DNA of 64,000 bases from Eledone cirrhosa (Eukaryota): contig OZ024741.1 of NCBI GenBank assembly GCA_964016885.1, forward strand, positions 317,564,001 through 317,628,000, in the 5' to 3' direction. The position numbers were made by a program, and so were the translations under genes. The notes below the pieces were generated by a model that made no database searches, was not told the origin of the DNA, and worked only from the letters and a program-made list of their open reading frames with translations. Shown here in pieces: positions 26,690 to 40,496 of the stretch (its first letter is position 1; the number at the start of each line of letters is the position of its first letter).

Positions 26690-27200
26690 CCCAGCCTCCA
26701 TCAAAATATTATGGGTTGTTTGGCCACCTGAATGCAAGTCACCACACTAAGCTAAACCTAATTATCAAGTGGGTCCCAGCTCGTGTCAATATCGCCTCAA
26801 TTCTGGAGCCAGCTGGATTGTCCAGATGGTCTTGAGAAAAGGCCAGATGATCTTACCCTTTGTTCCTGGGTAAGCGGCAGATGTCTCATTTGTGACACCG
26901 CAGGTAGTGACTCTTTTGCTCATTCTCACATCCTGGATACTACAGCGAAGGCAAAAGTCACTGTATCCATAATGGAATAAAATTCTACAATATCAGGAAT
27001 TATCAGTAAACTATTTTTTTTTTTCAGATTGAGAAATTTGGAGGAGCTGGACCACTGAAAATGAGGTTCTTGTCATTGTTGGTGGCTTGCCTTACCAACA
27101 TATTAGGTGATGCATGCAAGGGTGCTTGGTTATTCCATCGCTTTAGCTTTGTTCTAAGTATGTTGGCTTGCTTAGAGAAATATCAAAGAGAGGCACCAGT
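26690..27200 (+). mobile_element. Degenerate 3' remnant of a CRE-like non-LTR element (restriction-like endonuclease domain)
   Basis: Remnant H..LN.II....NIASILEPAGL, then KRPDDLTL.SW.SGRCLICD...DSFA.SH, resembling the RPDG..L.PW..G..L.WD REL motif. Confidence 0.6.
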
Positions 27201-28819
27201 GCCCCTTGCGGTGTGTGATTGAGTGTGCAGGTTTTTTCCTGTTCTATTTTACTTCCTTATAATCCCCCCCCCCTTCTTATTTTGTCATAGAAATAAATTG
27301 TATTGACACATTATTAATCAGAAGTAACAAAAAATTAATTACAAATACTTTGTTATAAAATAAACACACACTATTAAGTATCCCTTCTTCTATACGTAGA
27401 AATATTTCTGTCTCTTGATTGTTATTCTCACTGTATAACAATTTGGGGAGGGAGTAATTGTAGCCAAGGGACGGGGTCATGGGTACATTCATCTGAATAA
27501 TAGGGATGGTTGGAAACAAGGCCGTATTAACTTATGGTCGGACAGCTATACTTTCATGTATTTCGAACCCTTTCTCATACTCCAATCTTTTACTTCACTA
27601 CAACGAAAAAAAAAAAAGCCATAGAGCCCCTTCATTTTCTGTCTAGTTAGCTTTATGAATACGCCCCTGGTAAGGAACCACTTCTACAGACATGCCAATC
27701 TATAAACTACAGGTCGAAAATGTTGATATAAACAATTGTACATATCTAAATAAATACAATTACAGCATAAATAACCACATAATGTTTTATTCCTTTCGAT
27801 CGATTGATCGACTGAAACACATACAAATAGATAAATAATTGAATATAGGATAAACACAGAAGAAACGGGCGGTCATTTAGTAAGGCATGAGTAGGGAATA
27901 GACAAATGGGGGTTTTATTATTGATAATATATATCCTCTGGAGGAAACAGAAATATCTCGTCCGATTTACTGGATTTATTGTGAATATACACGTTTGCGC
28001 TCCTTCATTGTGAGAGAGAGCGGAGCAGGCGAAATGAATCCAGAGAATAATGCGAGATATTTTTGTTCTTCAAAAGAGATCGTTTATCAATGATAGCTTA
28101 ATTAGGCACAGATGATAATGATTATTTAATTATAAGATCGATAGATTGTTAGTTAAGCTAAATAAATTGATGGAAGGGATAGTTAATTAATTAGTCAATT
28201 AAAGAGATAGATCTTACCAGTTTTATCCATGTTCTTGAAGTTTGGAACCGAAATCCGTGACAGACATTTGGCGTTTCATTTCAACATTACTTGAATGCAA
28301 TCATTAATTAAATACTAATCACAATAGATATATGATAATTAAACATAGTCAAACAACGATTTATTATATATGCTTTAATCTTACCACGAAGCTGATATTA
28401 AACTTATAAAGTAAACGTTTGACAGACTTGTTCACAAATATATCATCATACTATTCAAGAAAAGTTGGCGGTAAAAATATATCTAGACAGGTCTTTTTAA
28501 TGAAAATCTGTGTCTGTCTTTCTCCCTCTCTCTTTCGCTAATCCAGAATACACGACTATAAAACAATATGAGAATGACGGAATAAGCAGATGCCGATCAC
28601 TCTTTGCTTCTGCCTAAAAAATTTGTTTCCATTTTGGTTAAAGTAAATCCAATTAAGATTGGATCACAAGGGCATCGTCTACTGCTGTTGCATCTTGAAG
28701 GTTTCGGTGTTGGCCGGTGTATTTCCCTTCTCATCAAACAACCGGCTTCCCGCTTCAAACTAACTTAAACACACAGACACAGACATTCACATACACATTG
28801 TATATGTAACTATGTGTAC

Positions 28820-28859
<40 letters not shown>

Positions 28860-29159
28860 GTTTTTATGAAGACAGAGTGCTTATAGCTTCTTGATTTAAA
28901 AAAAAAGGAATGATAATGAATAGAAATAATGACAATTAGAATAAGGCAGGGATCTACCCGTACATTAGTCTTTTATTTATCTAAATATAAGCATATACGA
29001 GTTATTTCCCCTCGCTCATTTTATTTTTAACTATTACTTTTGATGATGGATTAACTTGGATTTCAGTTTAAATTGTTACAGCTAAATATTGGTTACTTGT
29101 GTGTCTGTATGTACTGGCAGTTGGGACATATTATTCTACAACCTTTCCTCTACTTCTCT

Positions 29160-29590
29160 GAAACTTAGGTCACATTCCTCCCTCATCTAGGGCAGTGGTT
29201 CTCAGAGACCCAGATCACATTCCCCCCCAATCTAGGGCTGTGGTTCTCAGAGGCCCAGATCACATTCCTCCCCCATCTAGTGTTGTGGTTCTCAGAGGAC
29301 AAGATCACATTCCTCCCCATCTCAAGCAGTACTTCTCATTGACCCAGATCACATTCCTCCCCCATCTAGGGCAGTACTTCTCATTGACGCAGATCACATT
29401 CTTCCGTCATCCAGGGCAGTTGTTCTCAAAGACCCTGGTCACATTCCTCTTTCATCCAGGGTAGTGGCTCTCAAATACCCTGGTCACATTCCTCTCTCAT
29501 TCAGGGCAGTGGCTCTTAAAGACCCTGGTCACATTCCTCCCTCATCTAGGGCAGTGGCTTTCAGAGACCCAGATTACATTCCTTCTCTTG
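29160..29590. repeat. 42-bp minisatellite, ~10 copies
   Basis: GGTCACATTCCTCCCTCATCTAGGGCAGTGGTTCTCAGAGACCC-type units; related units in reverse orientation at 42270-42385. Confidence 0.9.
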
Positions 29591-29994
29591 TAATCCTAGG
29601 TTTCCTCAATCCCTTCCTCCATTTTGAATTGTCATCTAGTAATGTTTCAACCTAGCACTATATTAACATGAGTAAGCTTTTCAAACTTCAATAATTGTAT
29701 AGTCTCAAACAGGATTAAGTCTGAAGGAGCAGTTTTGGTTGATTTATTTTTTGTTGTGTGTTTTTGTGAATTTCTAATTCATGATCACCCACCCTTAAAG
29801 TTGGTATATTGATATTTCATTTATTATATATACACTTATATACTATAGCTGGGTATATTGGTATGCCATTTGATATGCATACAATATAATCTATAGTTGG
29901 ATATATTGGTATTTCATTTAATATATAGACTCACTGAAAAAAATATACTGATTTCTAATTTAGGCAGAAGATCAGAAATTTTAAGAGAGGGGAA

Positions 29995-30807
29995 CATCGA
30001 TGCTGCAAAAATTGAGACACTTATCCTTTCAAGGAAGCCTATGCAGTGCACTCTACAAGTGAATGCAGTTCCACTGAAGCAGGTGGAGAAGTTCATGTAT
30101 CTCGGGGTCAAGTTCATGAGTGATGGAAGGCAGGGGGTTGTATTGGGTGTAAGAATTGCAGGAATTGGTGCAGTAACGGTTTAGCATTTGGTCATAAGAA
30201 GAAGGGAGGTAGGTGTAAAAGCCAAAATCACTATCTTCAATTTGGTATTTGTGTCAACCCTTACCTAAGGTCATGAATCTGGAGTAATGACTGAAAGAGT
30301 ATGATCGCAAATACAAGCATCCAAAATGGGTTTCATCAAAAGGGTCTTTGGAGTAACGTTAGTGAATATGGTGGGTAGCTTGAAGATTAGAGAGTCACTC
30401 AAGGTAGAGTTGCTTCTTCTCCAAATTGAGAGATCACAGCTCTGATACTACAAACATGTGGTAAGAATATCTAAAGAAAGAATCAATGGACAGGTTTTAT
30501 GGGCAAAGCCAACAAGCAAAATAGTTGGATAACATCCATGAGCTCGACTAGTCTCACTTGGGTATCTAGCCAGATTAATTGGAAACAGTTGCTTCTGATA
30601 GGGCTCACCAGAAAATGTGTTTGTGAACTCTGCTTCTATGACCCGTGAAGGAATATGTTGGTAGAAGAAGAAGGAGAAGAAGAAGAAGAAGAAGAAGAAG
30701 AAGAAGAAGAAGAAGAAGAAGAAGAAGAAGAAGAAGAAGAAGAAGAAGAAGAAGAAGAAGAAGAAGAAGAAGAAGAAGAAGAAGAAGAAGAAGAAGAAGA
30801 AGAAGAA
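29995..30807 (+). mobile_element. Degenerate RTE-like LINE 3' fragment ending in a long (GAA)n tail
   Basis: LKQVEKFMYLG motif; ~145-bp GAA tract at 30664-30807. Confidence 0.75.
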
Positions 30808-31284
30808 GGGTTATATCTAAGCATACAGGCAGAAATTCTCAAAATATTTGACATTTTCAAAGTTGGATGAATATGTCCCATGTATCCCTGTCTATGTGGT
30901 GTATATACTAAATCAAATAGACATAGTCACTAGACCTGATGTATGTATGTTTTTATGTATGGCCCCATAACTCCTGATAGAGTTGTAGGGGCACCGTATT
31001 GACATACAGCGTTTCTTGGGCATTTTAAGCCTTGTGGAGCCCATCCCCCTCCAGGCCTGAGTACACCAGAATTCTTCCAGAGAAAGAGAGAAAGTGAGAG
31101 AGAGGAAATGAGAAAGAGATATAGAAGAAGAATCAACCCCAGTACTAGACTGGTACTTTTTTTATCGACCTCGAAAGGATGAAAGGCAAAGTTGACCTCT
31201 GCGGGATTTGAAATCAGAGAACAGAGATCCGGAACGAATACCATAAAGCATACTATCTGATGTTCTAACGACTGCCAATTTGCT

Positions 31285-31585
31285 GCCTAGACCTGGTGTA
31301 TACTGTATGGTATATACTAAACCAATTATACATAGTTCCTAGATCTGATATACATTGCATGGTCAATACTAAACCAATTATACATAGACCCTAACCCTAG
31401 ATCTGATATACATTGTATGGTATATACTAAACCAATTATACATAGGCCCTAGACCTGATGTATACTGTATGGTATATACTAAACCAATTATACATAGTCT
31501 CTAGATCTGATATACATTGTATGGTATATACTAAACCAATTATACATAAGCCCTAGCTCTGGTATACATGACTACTAAACCTAAT
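31285..31585. repeat. ~52-bp minisatellite just downstream of the protease gene
   Basis: CTAGATCTGATATACATTGTATGGTATATACTAAACCAATTATACATAG units, ~5.5 copies. Confidence 0.9.
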
Positions 31586-31698
31586 ATACACATCCTTTAG
31601 ATAAAAACTATTAAACACAAAAGAATTCAGAAAACATGGGTATATTTTATTCACAATTTATTTCAACATAATTCTATTCAAAACATATTTTCAGTTGT

Positions 31699-31857
31699 TT
31701 ACAAGGTCATGTAGGCATTGATGTAATCGAGGAAATTAGCAGTGTTGGCATAGACACCAAATCCTGCATCACAGTCAAAAACGTAGGATCCAATACCAGC
31801 AACAACATATCGATTATCAGATTTTCTTCGGCACATAAGCCCACTGCCAGAATCTCC
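31699..31857 (-). CDS. S1 serine protease exon 6 (GDSGSGLMCRRKSDNRYVVAGIGSYVFDCDAGFGVYANTANFLDYINAYMTL*)
   Basis: Catalytic Ser in GDSG; cag acceptor; TAA stop; AATAAA signals at ~31646-31662 on the minus strand. Confidence 0.93.
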   Translation of the reverse strand, partial: GDSGSGLMCRRKSDNRYVVAGIGSYVFDCDAGFGVYANTANFLDYINAYMTL

Positions 31858-32935
31858 CTGAAATCACAAACCATTTCATAAACAAATTACTGAGCTATTG
31901 AAATTATTATTCAACTTATAAGTTTCTGTTTAATCTTAAATATATCATCATCAGTTTATATCCACTTGTTCATCTTGGTGTGGGTTAGACGGGTTTTTAC
32001 AGACGACCACAGTACTTAATTGGAACTATTGTCCTCTTAGATGGGCCATGGAACCATATCTCGCTTACATAAATTCGAGTTTTAGCATGGTTTCTACAGC
32101 TGGGTGTTCTTCTTAACATCAATCACTTTACAGAGAGTACTGGGTCTTTTTTTTTTTTGTGATGCTAACAAAAGATATGCCACTGCCATTCCAGTGATAG
32201 GTGGCAATACTTGAATGCAGAATTCCCAGAACTGGAATGGATACAGCAAGGTATTCCATCCAAATCTTTAACATTTCTACCAATCCACCACCTCTGAACT
32301 ACTACTTTTTTCATTAACCACTAAAAGGATGAAAGGCAAAGCTAACTTTGTGGGATTTGAATTCGGAGCACAGAGGGTCAGACAAAATACTGAGAGGCAT
32401 TGAAGTCCAACATTCTAACAACTGTGCCAATTCACCCTCCACAAGGATTAAGATATAATAATAATAATAATTAAATTATTGTGTACAGTGCTTAGGTGCA
32501 CTACAACTCATCAAAGGTGCAGGTATAGTACATAGAATGATGTACAAATGTCAGGAAAGTGAACATAGTATGAGTCATGATATACACACAGATACATGTG
32601 TGTGTCCATATGGAGGCGGAATATCAGGTGTAGTGTTGGCAAATTTCGAGAAGCATGGAGTTTTTGAAGGATGCAGTGTCCCAACAGCTAACAACCAATG
32701 CAGGTAGTTTGTTCCATGCTTCATTGGTCAATGTAGGTAAATATACTATTATGTGATAAGAATTAAGTGAAGGAAATGGCTAACACCATAAAGGTAAGTA
32801 TATTTTTACCCATTTCACTTCACTTACACTACTAATGGTAGAGAGGCAGGAGAAATACTGCAATGTCTCAAATCCTATGCTCTAGCAACAAGAATACAGA
32901 TAGAGAAAAGAGAGAAGATTAAATGATTTTCTTAC

Positions 32936-33081
32936 ACCGCAAACATTTTTGCCCATTTTTGTTCTGTCTCCAACACAGATATGTTGTTTCTCTGTAATAC
33001 CAGCTGCATTGCTCTGGCATTTATTTGTTGGTATGATATTGATCTTAGTTTTCTGCAATTGATTGGGGAAAATACCTTTAT
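32936..33081 (-). CDS. S1 serine protease exon 5 (NKGIFPNQLQKTKINIIPTNKC...HICVG...GKNVCG)
   Basis: P..LQ, C...ICVG and C-G-GDSG context; phases 1/0 fit. Confidence 0.92.
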
Positions 33082-33276
33082 CTGTAATAGAATGGTTGAC
33101 AAGTTAAATATAATTTATAAAAAATATACATGTAAAAAATGGTCAGTTATTCTTCAGTTCAGTTTGGTAGCAATATACATATATACATATATGTCCCTGA
33201 AAGCACACAAGAGAAATTCTAAAGTAATAAGACAAGCTTGGCCTTAATAAAGAATCACTCTTTCTCTCACTTTCTC

Positions 33277-33343
<67 letters not shown>

Positions 33344-33392
33344 ATATATATATATATATATAAATATTTTATATATATGTATATATATATAT

Positions 33393-33527
33393 ATTTATTA
33401 GAATAACAGATTAAAGTTTAAGCAAAGAATCGTTGCTTTCAACCTTAACGGGATCTTCTGAAGATCCCATTAAGGGGCAAAACAACAATTCTTTGCTTAA
33501 ACTTTAATCTCTTATTTTAATAAATAA
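33393..33527. repeat. Fold-back hairpin containing a degenerate hammerhead-like core
   Basis: Arms are reverse complements around 33457; CTGAAGA-TCCC..GGGG on one arm and GAAAG on the mirror arm. Confidence 0.7.
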
Positions 33528-33613
33528 TTGCTGTATGGTTCTACCTATTTTATATATATATTATCCTTATCGAGCCCTCTTCAGATTTTAGCCTTCAAAT
33601 TTATTATTACTAC

Positions 33614-33733
<120 letters not shown>

Positions 33734-33952
33734 TATACAGAGAGAGAGAGAGAGAGAATGAAGGATGGCAGCTGTATAAAAAGATGCTGAGCACTCAAAG
33801 TTGATGGAAGCGTGTGTTTTTTATGGGTGCGTTTGTTTTTATTGGCAGCATCATGATGGTCCCAAAGTATAACAATATATATATATATATATATAAAACG
33901 AAGGAAGTGTGGTAAAGAACCAGGTGGACCATAACGCACCAGAGTACTCGAT

Positions 33953-34430
33953 AACTAAGTTATGTTGGGAAGTACATTCCTCAACTGGGAAGGCTTTTGT
34001 GTTTACGACCGTCCATCTGTCACGTCCTCTGATGAGGATAAAATCTATCTGACTAGAATGGTCCCCTGATCTATAGGTGATCAGGTGGTTGTCGGGTTTT
34101 TTGAAGTTTGTGTTACATATCGGCATGTCATTGGCATCGCAGAATTCTTGAAGCCTGAAGCCTTCTTCAATTCTTGTGCCAAACCCATGGCCTCCATGGA
34201 CTCTATCGAAGCCGTCACGGTGTTTACCTACGTGTCCGTTAAAATCTCCTGCAATGATTAGGAAATCATTGTCGTTTGTTAGAGCAGTAGTATGCATTAG
34301 GGACTCGTAAAACCTATACTTAAGTTCATCTGGCAACTCCGATTGGGGTGCGTAAGCTGATATTATTGTGGTAATTGTTTTTTTCAGAGCTAGTCTCAGT
34401 TTAATGATTCTTGCATTCACCCTGTTCACT

Positions 34431-34433
<3 letters not shown>
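33953..34433 (-). mobile_element. RTE APE-endonuclease fragment capped by a PLE-like terminal module (33898-33952)
   Basis: SAYAPQ, GDFNGH, SQIDFIL, SQHNLV motifs; flanked by (TA)n. Confidence 0.88.
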
Positions 34434-34461
<28 letters not shown>

Positions 34462-34524
34462 TGCAAGCAGGGAAAAGTGGACACAAAATGATGATGATGA
34501 TGATGTATATATATATATATATAT

Positions 34525-36518
34525 AAGGTGGCTGGGCCTTCGGAAATAGTTGCTGAGATGCTGAAGGCATCTGGCACGGTGGGACACACCATGGTCACCC
34601 GCATAGTTAACCAAGTCGTACAGAATGGGGTTGTTCCGAAGGACTGGCATAGCAGCATCATCGTTAACTGTTATAAGGGTAAAGGAGACGCCCTAGATAG
34701 GAGTAACTATAGAGGCATTAAATTAATCGACCAGGTCATGAAGGTCACGGAAAAAGTAATAGCGCAACTAATCAGAGAGAGAATTGACCTAGATGAAATG
34801 CAGTTCGGGTTTGTGTCAGGCAAAAGTACCACAGACGCTCTTTTCATAGTACGACAACTACAGGAGAAGTACCTAGCTAAAGGTAAACCCCTCTACTTAG
34901 CTTTTGTCGACTTGGAGAAAGCCTTCGACAGAGTCCCCCGCTCCATTATCTGGTGGGCTCTTAGAAAACTAGGCGTTGACGAATGGCTTGTGAGGGCTAT
35001 ACAAGCCATGTATAAAGAAACAGTCAGCAAGGTTAGAATTAACAACGAATATAGTGAAGAGTTTAAGCGTAAAAGTTGGCGTCCATCAGGGCTCTGTTCT
35101 CAGCCCCCTACTATTTATTATTGCCCTTCAGGCTATAACAGAGGAGTTCAAGACAGGCTGCCCATGGGAACTCCTATATGCAGACGACCTGACACTCATA
35201 GCGGAATCAATGGCCGAGCTAGAGAAGAAATTCCAAACATGGAAGCACGGCCTAGAGTCAAAAGGACTTAAAATTAACCTGGCTAAGACCAAAGTTCTAG
35301 TTTGTAGGAAAGAAAACAAGGCGGCAGTCCCTTCTGGGAAATGGTCGTGCTCGGTGTGTAGGAAAGGCGTAGGTAGAAACTCCATTTTATGTCCTAAATG
35401 CAAAGTATGGGTGCATAAAAGATGTAGTGGGATCACAGGTAAGCTAACTAAGAACATAGATTTTACATGTGGCCGGTGCTCTGGTGCAATAAGTAGCAGC
35501 AAGTGCTCACAAAATACTAGCTCTTTCAATTGCGCAGAGGGTTCTATAGAAATAGTGGACAGCTTCCATTACCTGGGCGATAAAATCAGCAGTGGGGGAG
35601 GGTGCTCTGAAAGTACTGTAGCAAGAGTTGGAAAAAGTTCAGAGAGCTTATACCACTATTAGCTGCTAAAGGGTTCTCCCTAAAAATGAAAGGCAGGTTG
35701 TACGATGCCTGCATACGAACAGCAATGTTGCATGGCAGTGAGACCTGGGCATTGTGTGCAGAGGATATACGCAGACTAGAGAGGAACGAAGCTTGCATGC
35801 TCCGCTGGATGTGTAACAGTAATATACGTGAACGGCAAAGCATAAACGAACTAAGGAAAAAATTAGAGATAAGAGGGATCAGATGTTGTTTACTCGAGAG
35901 AAGGCTACGTTGGTATGGACACGTGATGCGCATGAAAGTCGATAGCTGTATAACAAAGTGCAGGGCAATAAAGATAGACGGTAGTCACGGAATAGGCAGA
36001 CCTAGAAAAACCTGGGACGAGCTGATAAACTCCGACATCACACACTTACACCTCTCCAAGACAATGTCACTGGACCGAGACCTTTGGCGGTACTCAGTAA
36101 CAGAGAAGACCCGCCTTACCTAAATATATAGTAAAACCTACTCCAGCCAGTAGGCATCTCTAACAAAATACACCCCGTCCCACTACCACCACCCCCACCC
36201 CATCCACACCACCCCGTTCTATGTAAAGTTATGTTGGTGTCGCGCCATCCAGGCCGAAACAAATGAGATCGTGTAGGTGTCACGACAAAAAAACACACAG
36301 TCCACGCTGTAATGTGGCCGTGTAGGCAACACGGTAAAAACCTCCCAGACCCACACTGTAAATGTGGTTGGTGTTAGGAAGGGCATCCAACTGTAGAAAA
36401 CCTGCCAGACAGCCCTATGCGAGCAAGACAATCACTCTTGCCTCAAGTGGGACTACCCCCGTCCAAACCCATGCAAGCATGGAACACGGACGTTAAACGT
36501 TGATGATGATGATGATGA

Positions 36519-36520
<2 letters not shown>
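34525..36520 (+). mobile_element. 5'-truncated RTE LINE (RT, Cys-rich insert, 3' UTR, (GAT)n tail), frameshifted
   Basis: NYRGI, QFGF, FVDLEKAFD, QGSVLSP, YADD, GRPRKTW; both ends abut (TA)n. Confidence 0.95.
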
Positions 36521-36571
<51 letters not shown>

Positions 36572-36601
36572 TATATACATATACACACACACATATATAT
36601 G

Positions 36602-36666
<65 letters not shown>

Positions 36667-36948
36667 ATATATATATATATATCAAAATATCAAAATGTGT
36701 GTGAGTGTGTATGTACTCACTCACACTAACTGTGACGGACTGTAATTCTAAAGATTTGATGTTGAGATTAGACATGTCCAGCTTCTTTTACAGCTATTGA
36801 GAGATAGAGACTTGATAGTTTTATGACCCTAACTGAGGACGATAGCAGTCGGTGTGTTTTGCTTAATCTTCATATGGGGGACAAAACTCTAGTGAGTGAA
36901 CATCGTTAAATTTTCTCCCTCATATCAAGGATTTGAAGACAATTCATT

Positions 36949-37024
36949 TTCACCTGACGAGATCAGTGATAATCGATCATGGCCACATGATCGATCTATC
37001 TCTTATTGAAACATGTGTCGTGAA
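36949..37024 (+). ncRNA. Type I hammerhead ribozyme (PLE pLTR type)
   Basis: TTCAC-CTGACGA-long stem II (ATCGATCATG/CATGATCGAT)-GAAAC-ATGT-GTC-GTGAA, overlapping an AATAAA. Confidence 0.75.
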
Positions 37025-37279
37025 TAAAATGATTGGAAATTTATACCATGCCTTCGGATCTTTATTTTGATACAAATACTCCGTTTTACATCATCTAGCT
37101 GTTCCCATAAATGGAATTGGAGATATACAAAAGCGTGGAGAACTTAATATTGTTAACAAAAGTTTATTGGACCGTATAACACAACCAATAATACACCTTA
37201 CTATATATATACATATATATATATGTGTATATATATATATGTGTGTATTCATATATATATATATGTATATATATATATG

Positions 37280-38992
37280 TATATATTGTTATACTTTGGG
37301 GGGGTCATGTTGCCAATAAGAAACACACGCACCAGTTGCTTTCACTTCAATTTATTATATATTTATAAATTCATAAATTTACAAATTTACAAATCTACAA
37401 ACTTATAAATTTCTGGTTGGTTGGTTGGTTCCACAACCAGATAGTTGTTTATATATATAGTCATAGTCCTTTCGTCACACACTCTGTGACCTCTTCAGTG
37501 ACTGGGGATTCCTTTCTTCGTTTCTGTGCCTTTCCTTTCTTCTATCCTACGCCATTTTGTTTCTGTGTGTGTGTTGTGTGCTCAGTTTGCGCATGCGCCA
37601 CATCCGGGTGTCTGTATGTGTTTGTGTTTATTTTTTATTTTTCTATTTATATTTTTCTATTTGTTTATTTATTTATTTATTTATTGTTGGTTGGTTGTTT
37701 GTTCTATGTGTGTGTGTGTTTTCATTTTGTGTGTGTTTTCAATTGTAAGTTGTTTGTTCTATGTGTGTGTGTGTGTTTTCATTTTGTCCTTAATTGTAAG
37801 TTGTGATGTTGCTGTTCCACTCATATTTTCTATTTAATTTTGGTTTTAATTCTTTTATGCTTACTGCCTCTGTAATTTGCCTAAACATTGCGTCTTTTCT
37901 GTGTGTGGATTCTATTTTTATTTCTATGCTCTCTAATCTACCCCTGTGTTCTATCTTAGCATGTTGGTAGAGCACAGATGATTCTTTATTATCTTGGAGG
38001 TCTCGCCAGTGTTCATTTATTCGTTCCCCTATACTACGAGCTGTCTCACCTATGTACACTATATTTTTGTTTCTACATTGTCCTTCAGTACATCTTATGC
38101 TATACACTACATTTCTAGTTTTACAGTTAATATGGGGGCTTATTTTACAGGTTATACATTTCTTATCTATACATGAGGGTCTTTGGAACGGGTATGTCTT
38201 GCTAATAAGTGTTTTTATGGAGGTACCAGGTCTTTCTACTATCTTAATATTGAGATTATGTTTATTTAGGGCCCTTCTAAATTTGTAGGCTAGTTCGCCT
38301 CTAGGGGTTGTATTGATGAACATTACACTCTGGTATTTATTGCTATCATACCATGAGTTTATTCTATTGGCCTTGTTCCTAGTTCTTTCTATTCTATTCC
38401 AAAATTTGCTCCTATACAAGGGGCAGGTCCCATTTATGTCATTATTTACCATTTTTTCCCATTTGGTTCTGGCTCCTTTATACACTCTGATTCTATCTCT
38501 CTGATTGTAGCCAGAGAACTGCATACGGTGGATGAAGTGTTGTATGTGTCTCTCTAGTTCTTCGGGGTTGCACATGCGGGACACATTTCTCATCACCCGT
38601 ACCAAATCCGCAATCAGTATGTTGATTTTGGTATGGTCCGAAATGGCCGAGTTTCGGTGGATCAGATGTTTGGAAGTCATGGGTTTGGCATAATGGGAAT
38701 GGAGGATTTGTTTTTGGTTGTTAATGGTATCTAACCAGAGCTCTGTGTCTAGTACAGGTAATCGATGGTTGGGGTGTCTACTTGGGTAGTCTATAGTAAC
38801 TCTAATGCTCTGGTGGATGGAGTTTGCTATTTGCTAGATGCTTTCCATTGTGTTTTTCTCTAGTTCCTGACTGTTCTTTAGTGGGGGTGTCTTAACTACG
38901 ATGTTTATATCATCTACGTAGCGGGAGTACATTATCAGGGTTAAGCTGTCTTCTAATTGTTCATTAAGTTTTTGTTTAAGTCTACAGTCTAA
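37280..38992 (-). mobile_element. 5'-truncated Penelope-like element (RT C-half + GIY-YIG) with one in-frame stop
   Basis: YSRYVDD (38834-39019 ORF) is in frame with 37790-38680 across a single TAG; RLPVLD; VVYSIRC...YIGETARSIGERINEH; EAV.I...P.LN. Confidence 0.92.
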
Positions 38993-39093
38993 ATGTTTAA
39001 CCCCGACGGCTGAGCTCAAGCCGTTTCGACGGCTATTTCTGGACAGAAATAGCCGTCGAAACGGGTTGAGCTCAGCCGTCGGGGTTAAACATT
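38993..39093. repeat. Near-perfect ~100-bp hairpin made of a duplicated hammerhead 3' half
   Basis: Arms mirror around GGAC; right arm reads GTC-GAAAC-GGGTTGAGCTCAGCC-GTC-GGGG. Confidence 0.9.
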
Positions 39094-40496
39094 TTCATAT
39101 TACCCACTCTACTACCCTAAGTATTGAGTACTCTGGTGCATTATGGTCCATCTGGTTCCTTACCACACTTCCTTCGTTATATATATATATAAGGTGATGT
39201 GTTGTTTCCTTGAGCAAGACACTTTATTTCACATTGCTCCAGTTTACTGAGCTGTGGAGGTGAGATGATGGGACTGGGGTCCCTATCATTCCACTGCAAA
39301 GTGGTCGTGGAGGTGCCACGGCAAAAAAAGCACCCAGCCCACACTGTAAAGTGGACGTGTAGGCGCCACGAAAAAAACGCACCCAGCACTCACTGTAAAT
39401 GAGGTTGGTGTTAGGAAGGCATCCAACTGTAGAAATCAAGCCAGAATCAGTTCCCGTCCCACCCTTGCAAGCAGGGAAAAGCAGACGTAAAATGATGATG
39501 ATGATGATAAACTTAGTAGAGCTGGATTAGAAGAAATCATATTTAATTTTAAATATTTACTGATTCATATCAACATAGGTGCAATGTAGGAAAGTGTTCT
39601 CAACTTCATAGTAAGTTTCTAGGGAATTATTGTTTAATTCAGTATGGCTTTTGAACCATCAATGCAGAAGATTTCATGGATTTTTAGATTATATTCTTAG
39701 CAGCCATACTTCTTTTAATGGCTCATTCTTTTATTCTCTTTTTCTTTTACTAGTTCCAGTCATTAGATACTGCCATGAAAGGATTTATCAATCCCAGTAC
39801 ATATTACTTTCAAGTCTGCTACTCATTTTATCAATTCCTTTTTGCTGAACTGCTATGTTATGGGATATAAACAAAGGTGCAGATATAAATGTAAACACAC
39901 ATATATATATATGGAGAGCTTTTGTAGTTTCCAACTACAAAATTTCATTCACATGGCATTGATCAACTCAAGACTATAGTAGGAGATACTTGCCCATGTT
40001 GTCACACAATGGGAGTGAACCTAGAACTATGTGGTTGTAAAGCAAATTCCTTCACCACACAGCCGTGCTTCCAGAGTATCTAAAGATTTTACTGCTGTAA
40101 GAGACTCTTTATTTTTTTAATACTAAGTCACGTGAAGCTGCCCCTAGTTTTATGATACAAAGCTATTTGTTTAAAAGTGTCTAAAAACCTTCCATCGTAA
40201 TTTTATGTTCTAAACACTAGCATAATAATGAAAAAGTTAGTTATATTACTAAATCTCTCTAAATTCTTGATTATTTTTTAAATGACATGAAAATAATAGG
40301 CAATTAGAAATATGATAATGAATGGGTTAAATTATATTCCCAACACCAGCTTGATATTGAAACAGTTAGTTATAATAATAAATCCCTCAAAATTCTTCAT
40401 TATTTTCAAAATGATATGGAAATTATAGGTTGTGACTTTTACAAGAAATAAGATAACAAAAGGATTAAAGTGAAATGTAGAAAATGAAAAACCTAC

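Noticed and set aside
30636-30881. Poly-S/R/E ORFs
   Set aside because: Translations of the (GAA)n LINE tail.
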